DNA from: Desulfobulbus propionicus DSM 2032
GTDB lineage: Bacteria > Desulfobacterota > Desulfobulbia > Desulfobulbales > Desulfobulbaceae
Direction: 5' to 3'
NCBI RefSeq assembly: GCF_000186885.1
Contig: NC_014972.1
Span: 1,470,001-1,502,000 of the forward strand
DNA length: 32,000 bases
Shown here: positions 27,433-32,000 of the stretch, piece after piece
How positions within the stretch are numbered: position 1 is the stretch's first letter
How the letters are laid out: every line of letters starts with the position of its first letter
Position numbers and translations under genes: made by a program
The notes under the pieces: model-generated
The model's database searches: none
What the model saw: only the letters and a program-made list of their open reading frames with translations
Told to the model about the DNA's origin: nothing

Positions 27433-30400
27433 TCAATGTTCCAAGCCATTGCCCCTGTTGCGCCCCAATCCCTGCCGCAACTTTTCCATGTACAAATAGA
27501 AGACCGGGGTAACGTAGAGGGTCAGGCTTTGGGAAAAAAGCAGGCCACCGACCACCGCCAGCCCCAGCGGCTGGCGCGATTCCGCGCCGGCCCCATAGCC
27601 GAGGGCAATGGGAATGCCGGCCATGAGCGCGGCCATGGTGGTCATCATGATCGGCCGGAAACGGATGACGCAGGCTTCATGGATGGCCTCAACAGCGCTT
27701 TTGCCCTCGGCCTGGGCCGCGATGGCGAAGTCGATCATCATGATGCCGTTCTTCTTTACCAGGCCGATGAGCATGATGATGCCGACAAAGGCATAGATCG
27801 ACAGGTCGACCCGGAACAACATCAGGGTGATCAGGGCACCGAAACCGGCGAAGGGCAGGGCGGTGAGAATGGTCAATGGGTGGATGTAGCTTTCGTAGAG
27901 GATGCCGAGCACGATATAGATGACCACAATCGACAGGGCCAGGAGCCAGCCCATGCTGGCCTGCGCGGCCTGAAATTGCTGGGCGTTGCCCTGGAACGAT
28001 GCGGTGACGCCGGTGGGCAGCAGCGAGTCGGTCATCTGTTGCAGATCGGCCAGGGCCTGGCCCAAGGCCACTCCGGGTTTGACATTGAACGACAGGGTCA
28101 CCGACGGCAATTGGCCCGAATGGTTGATCGACAGCGGCCCCAGTCCCTGCCGGAGGGTGGCCACGGCAGCAAGAGGGACCAGTGGTCCCTGGCTGGAGCG
28201 GACATGGAGTCGATCCAGGGCCGAGGCGTCGTTCTGAAAATCAGGATGAAATTCGACGATCACGCTGTACTGGTCGTTGGCTCCGAAGATGGTGGACACA
28301 TCGCGCTCGCCAAAGGCGCTGTACAGGGTATCCTCGATCTGCTGGGGCGAAACTCCGAGCAGCAAGGCGCGGTTGCGGTCGATCTCCACCATCAGTTCCG
28401 GGTTGTCCATCTGCAGGTCGCTGGACACATCGATCAGGTTTGGGGTGTCGAGCATCATCCGTTCCAAGGTCCTGGCGGTCGCGTACAACCGGTCGGTGTC
28501 GATCCCTTGCAGGGTCAGCTGGTAAAGGCTGCGTGAGCGGCGGCCGCCAATGTTGATTGGCAGCGGGTTGACCAGCATGGCGCGGATACCGGGCACGCTG
28601 TTGAGCTTGGGCCGCAGGGAGAGAATCAGTTCGTCGGCGCTCAACTGCCGTTCATGGCGGGGTTTGAGCACCAGGAGCATGAAGGGCGAGGATGAGGAAG
28701 CGTTGACCATGAACCGATCGACATTGGGGTCTTTCTGGACGATGGCCGCCAACCGCATCAGGTGGCCCACCTGGGAAATCCAGGAGGCGGACTGGGAGCT
28801 CTGGGTCGAAACCATGATGAATCCCCGGTCTTCCGAGGGGATGAAGCCCTTGGGCACGACTACGAACAGGTAAGCCGTGGCCGCCAGGACGGCCAGGGAA
28901 AACGCCATGGTTAGCCGCCGGTAGCGCAGCACCACCAGCAGGCTGTTACCGTACCAGCGGGCCAGCAATTGGTACCCGGATTCGGTCAGCTGGTAGAGTC
29001 GTCCGTGACCCCGGCCGTGCTGCTCGCTGAGGTAGCGGCTGCACAGCATGGGCACCAGGGTCAGGCTGATCACGCCGCTGACCAGCACCGCCGCGCCGAT
29101 GGTCACCGAAAACTCGCGGAACAACCGGCCCATGATGCCGCCAAGGAAGAGCAGCGGAATGAAGATCGCCACCAGGGAGAGGGTCATGGAAATAATGGTG
29201 AAGCCGACCTCGCGCGCCCCGTCCAGGGCGGCCTGCATGCGGCTCTTGCCCATTTCCAGATGGCGGACGATGTTTTCCAGCACCACGATGGAGTCGTCGA
29301 CCACGAACCCCACCGCCAGGGTGAGAGCCATGAGCGACATGTTGTTGAGGCTGTAGTCGAGCAGGTACATCACCGCAAAGGTGCCGATCACCGACATGGG
29401 CAGCGACAGGCTGGGGATTACGGTGGCGCTGAGGTTGCGGATAAAGAGAAAGATCACCAGCACCACCAGCACCAGGGTGAGCAACAGGGTGAATTGGATA
29501 TCCAGCGCCGATTCTGTGATGGCCACGCTGCCGTCACGAAGGATGGCCAACTTGACCGAAGCGGGCAGGGTTTCGCTCAATTTGGGCAACAAGGCCTTGA
29601 CCGCGCCGGCCACCTCGATGGTATTGGCGCCGGGCTGCTTCTCCACTGCCAGGACAATGGTCTGGGCCTTGCTGTTCGGGGTGAAAAACCAGGCGCCGGA
29701 TTTGTCGTTTTCCACGCTGTCGATCACCGTGGCCACTTCGGCCAGGCGGATGGGCCGTCCGCCGCGCACCGCCACCACGATGTCGCGGTACTGGTCCGCC
29801 TTTTTGAGCTCACCGCTCGCCTTGAGCGTCAGCGTGGTGTGCGGGCCGCTCAGCTGGCCCATGGGCTGGTTGGCGTTCTGGCGGTCGATGGCCGCGGCCA
29901 CCTCGTCGGCGTCAAGGTCAAATCCCTGCATCGCCAGCGGGTCCAGCTGCACCCGGACCGCATACTTTTGCGAACCGCGCAGGGTGATTTGGGCCACGCC
30001 GCTGATCATCGACAACCGCTGGCCCATGGTCTGGCCGTACTGATCGAGCAGGGAGAGCGGCAGGGAGGGGCTGTTGAGCGAGATGAACAGGATCGGGTCC
30101 GAAGCGGGGTTGGTGCGGCGGAAGGAGGGCGGCGAGGGCATGTTGTCGGGCAGCCGGCGGTTGGCCAGCGAGATCGCGGTCTGCACATCCTGGGCCGCGG
30201 CGTCGATGTCCCGCTCCAGGGAAAACTGGAGGGTGATCTGGGTCGAGCCGGTGGTGGACACCGAACTCATCGAATCAAGCCCGGCGATGGTGGAGAACTC
30301 CTTTTCCAGCACCGTGGCCACGGTTGAGGCCATGGTGTCCGGGTTGGCGCCGGGCAGGTTGGCGGTGACCTGGATGGTGGGAAAATCGACGTTGGGCAGG

Positions 30401-30510
30401 TCGCTGACCGCCAAGTGCCGGTAGCCGATCAGGCCGAACAGGAGGATGCTGCACATCACCAGCACGGTCATCACCGGCCGGCGGATGAAAAGATCGGAGG
30501 TGCCGGTCAT
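27433..30510 (-). CDS. RND efflux permease, MdtB/MdtC/MuxB-like
   Basis: SDLFIRRPVMTVLVMCSILLFGLIGYRHLAVSDLPNVDFPTIQVTANLPGANPDTMASTVATVLEKEFSTIAGLDSMSSVSTTGSTQI, TLAVGFVVDDSIVVLENI, GLVKKNGIMMIDFA. Confidence 0.95.
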   Translation of the reverse strand: MTGTSDLFIRRPVMTVLVMCSILLFGLIGYRHLAVSDLPNVDFPTIQVTANLPGANPDTMASTVATVLEKEFSTIAGLDSMSSVSTTGSTQITLQFSLERDIDAAAQDVQTAISLANRRLPDNMPSPPSFRRTNPASDPILFISLNSPSLPLSLLDQYGQTMGQRLSMISGVAQITLRGSQKYAVRVQLDPLAMQGFDLDADEVAAAIDRQNANQPMGQLSGPHTTLTLKASGELKKADQYRDIVVAVRGGRPIRLAEVATVIDSVENDKSGAWFFTPNSKAQTIVLAVEKQPGANTIEVAGAVKALLPKLSETLPASVKLAILRDGSVAITESALDIQFTLLLTLVLVVLVIFLFIRNLSATVIPSLSLPMSVIGTFAVMYLLDYSLNNMSLMALTLAVGFVVDDSIVVLENIVRHLEMGKSRMQAALDGAREVGFTIISMTLSLVAIFIPLLFLGGIMGRLFREFSVTIGAAVLVSGVISLTLVPMLCSRYLSEQHGRGHGRLYQLTESGYQLLARWYGNSLLVVLRYRRLTMAFSLAVLAATAYLFVVVPKGFIPSEDRGFIMVSTQSSQSASWISQVGHLMRLAAIVQKDPNVDRFMVNASSSSPFMLLVLKPRHERQLSADELILSLRPKLNSVPGIRAMLVNPLPINIGGRRSRSLYQLTLQGIDTDRLYATARTLERMMLDTPNLIDVSSDLQMDNPELMVEIDRNRALLLGVSPQQIEDTLYSAFGERDVSTIFGANDQYSVIVEFHPDFQNDASALDRLHVRSSQGPLVPLAAVATLRQGLGPLSINHSGQLPSVTLSFNVKPGVALGQALADLQQMTDSLLPTGVTASFQGNAQQFQAAQASMGWLLALSIVVIYIVLGILYESYIHPLTILTALPFAGFGALITLMLFRVDLSIYAFVGIIMLIGLVKKNGIMMIDFAIAAQAEGKSAVEAIHEACVIRFRPIMMTTMAALMAGIPIALGYGAGAESRQPLGLAVVGGLLFSQSLTLYVTPVFYLYMEKLRQGLGRNRGNGLEH

Positions 30511-31742
30511 GGTGTCGTCTGCCTGGTGCCGTTGCCCGACTGCGCGTCCTGGACGGTGGCGCCACTTTCTCTGGCCTGATCGCGCCGTTCAATTTTGACC
30601 CCGTCGGCCAACTGCAACTGACCGTCGATGACCACGAGCTCGCCCTCCGTGAGCCCCGAGTCGATCACCGCCCCTCCCTGATAGAGCATACCGGGCGTCA
30701 CCGGCCGGTAGCTGACGGTTTGCTCGTCGGTGACCACATACACATAGGCGCCTTCCTGGCCGACCTGCACCGCCTGCGCGGGGACAACGATGCAGTCCGG
30801 CCGTTGGGAGAGGACGACGCGCACATCGATCAGTTGTCCCGGCCACAACTGGCGGTCGCTGTTGACGAAACTGGCCTTGAGCCGCAGCATGCCGGTGGTC
30901 GGATCAACGGTGTTGTCGATAAAGGCCAACGCACCGGCAACGGGGCTGCCGGCCGCGTGTTTCTGCGGGGTGGCCAACACCTTGAGGCTTTCGACGGCCT
31001 GGTAGCGGGCAATCTCCTGGAGGTGCTGGCCGGGGACGGTGAAGGTGGCCAGGATCGGCTGGATCCGTTTGAGGATGACCATCGGACTGTCGGCATTCTC
31101 CTTGATCAGGTTGCCCTGGTGGCTGAGCAATTCGCCGGTTCGCCCGGCAAAGGGTGCCCGGATCGAGCAGTATTCCAGCTCCAGCCGGGCCTTGTCGACC
31201 GCCGCCTCATCCGCCTTGACCGTGGCGGCGAGGGTGGCCACCCGGGTCGCCGCCTGATCGGCCTGTTCCTGCGACACATACCCTTTGTGCGCGGCCTGCG
31301 CGTAGCGGCCGGATTCACGCCGGGCATTGTCCAGCTCGGCCTTGTCCCCGGCTAGCTCGGCTTCGGCCTTGGCCAGGGCGGCGGCAAAGGGACGGGGGTC
31401 GATGGTGAACAGCAGCTCCCCGCCTTTCACCGTATCGCCTTCGCGGAAATGGACGGTCTTGAGCGTTCCAGTCACCTGCGAGCGGATCTCCACCGTGGCC
31501 GATGCTTCCACATGGCCGATGGCGGTCAATTCAACAGGCACTGTTTTTCTGCTGCTGGCCGCCACGCTCACCGGGATCGCCGCCCGTTTTTTCTGGCCGC
31601 TCTTTTCCTCGCGTTGTTGTGAACAGCCGCTCATGCAAAGCAGGGCCACCAGCCCGGTGAGGACGAGCAGGCAAAGAAGCGGGCAGGCGGATTGGGCAGA
31701 CCGGTCATGCGGCAGGAGAAAATGGTGGAAAAACAGCATCAT
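30507..31742 (-). CDS. RND efflux periplasmic adaptor, MdtA-like
   Basis: Lipobox MSGC, VPVELTAIGHVEASATVEIRSQVTGTLKTVHFREGDTVKGGELLFTIDPRPF, YCSIRAPFAGRTGELLSHQGN. ATGA overlap with the permease gene. Confidence 0.94.
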   Translation of the reverse strand: MMLFFHHFLLPHDRSAQSACPLLCLLVLTGLVALLCMSGCSQQREEKSGQKKRAAIPVSVAASSRKTVPVELTAIGHVEASATVEIRSQVTGTLKTVHFREGDTVKGGELLFTIDPRPFAAALAKAEAELAGDKAELDNARRESGRYAQAAHKGYVSQEQADQAATRVATLAATVKADEAAVDKARLELEYCSIRAPFAGRTGELLSHQGNLIKENADSPMVILKRIQPILATFTVPGQHLQEIARYQAVESLKVLATPQKHAAGSPVAGALAFIDNTVDPTTGMLRLKASFVNSDRQLWPGQLIDVRVVLSQRPDCIVVPAQAVQVGQEGAYVYVVTDEQTVSYRPVTPGMLYQGGAVIDSGLTEGELVVIDGQLQLADGVKIERRDQARESGATVQDAQSGNGTRQTTP

Positions 31743-32000
31743 GGGATGTTCCTTGCGGGGAGCGTGGTCGTCGCGCGCGACAGGGTGGCCGCAGGAAGGG
31801 GTTGCGTCTGCCAGCCGCCGCCCAGGGCCTTGTAGAGGGTAAGCATGCCGATTGCCAGCCGCTGGCCGCTTTGTGCCAGTTTGTCCTGGGATTGGTAGAG
31901 AGCATTCTGGCTTTGCAACACATTGAGAAAGGGGGTGATTCCCGCCTGGTACTGGCCGTGGGCGATGACCACTGCCCGCTGACTGGCCTTGACCGCTTCC
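31739..32000 (-). CDS. RND outer-membrane factor, C-terminal part (gene continues beyond the window)
   Basis: Frame open to the window edge: [63 protein letters not shown], the typical NodT-family C-terminus. Confidence 0.88.
   Translation of the reverse strand, partial: EAVKASQRAVVIAHGQYQAGITPFLNVLQSQNALYQSQDKLAQSGQRLAIGMLTLYKALGGGWQTQPLPAATLSRATTTLPARNIP

Noticed and set aside
28969-30327. 452-aa plus-strand ORF antisense to the second RND permease
   Set aside because: Composition artefact (HQGQADHAADQHRR...). The minus-strand permease is strongly supported.

Overview
This is a gene-dense, high-GC Gram-negative chromosomal window, probably from a deltaproteobacterial or Desulfobulbales-like lineage (inference only). 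From left to right it carries: a partial REC + degenerate HD-GYP response regulator; a DUF2332-like protein; a YqaA/DedA-like membrane protein; a GldA / fused GldF-GldG / DUF4340 ABC operon on the minus strand; an outer-membrane beta-barrel protein; a DUF1343 (NamZ-like) protein; an lpxD-fabZ-lpxA-lpxI-asnS-hflX run; a minus-strand pyrE / dual-CxxC micro-ORF / zinc-ribbon-PilZ operon; glmS; an AcrAB-TolC-type RND operon ending in its TetR regulator; and a convergent second RND operon (MdtB/MuxB-like), cut by the window edge. I found no CRISPR array, tRNA, rRNA, transposon or clear defence island, and no strong evidence for a wholly new system. The observations most worth a second look are: (1) hflX appears to start at a non-canonical ATC codon directly after a perfect Shine-Dalgarno; (2) a 56-aa dual-CxxC protein, absent from the supplied ORF track, sits between pyrE and a zinc-ribbon/PilZ gene; (3) the N-terminal regulator has an intact receiver domain but a destroyed HD-GYP active site; (4) a near-perfect AcrR-like operator lies inside the promoter spacer of the first RND operon; (5) hflX is tail-to-tail with pilZ without a visible terminator, and a plus-strand terminator appears only beyond pyrE.
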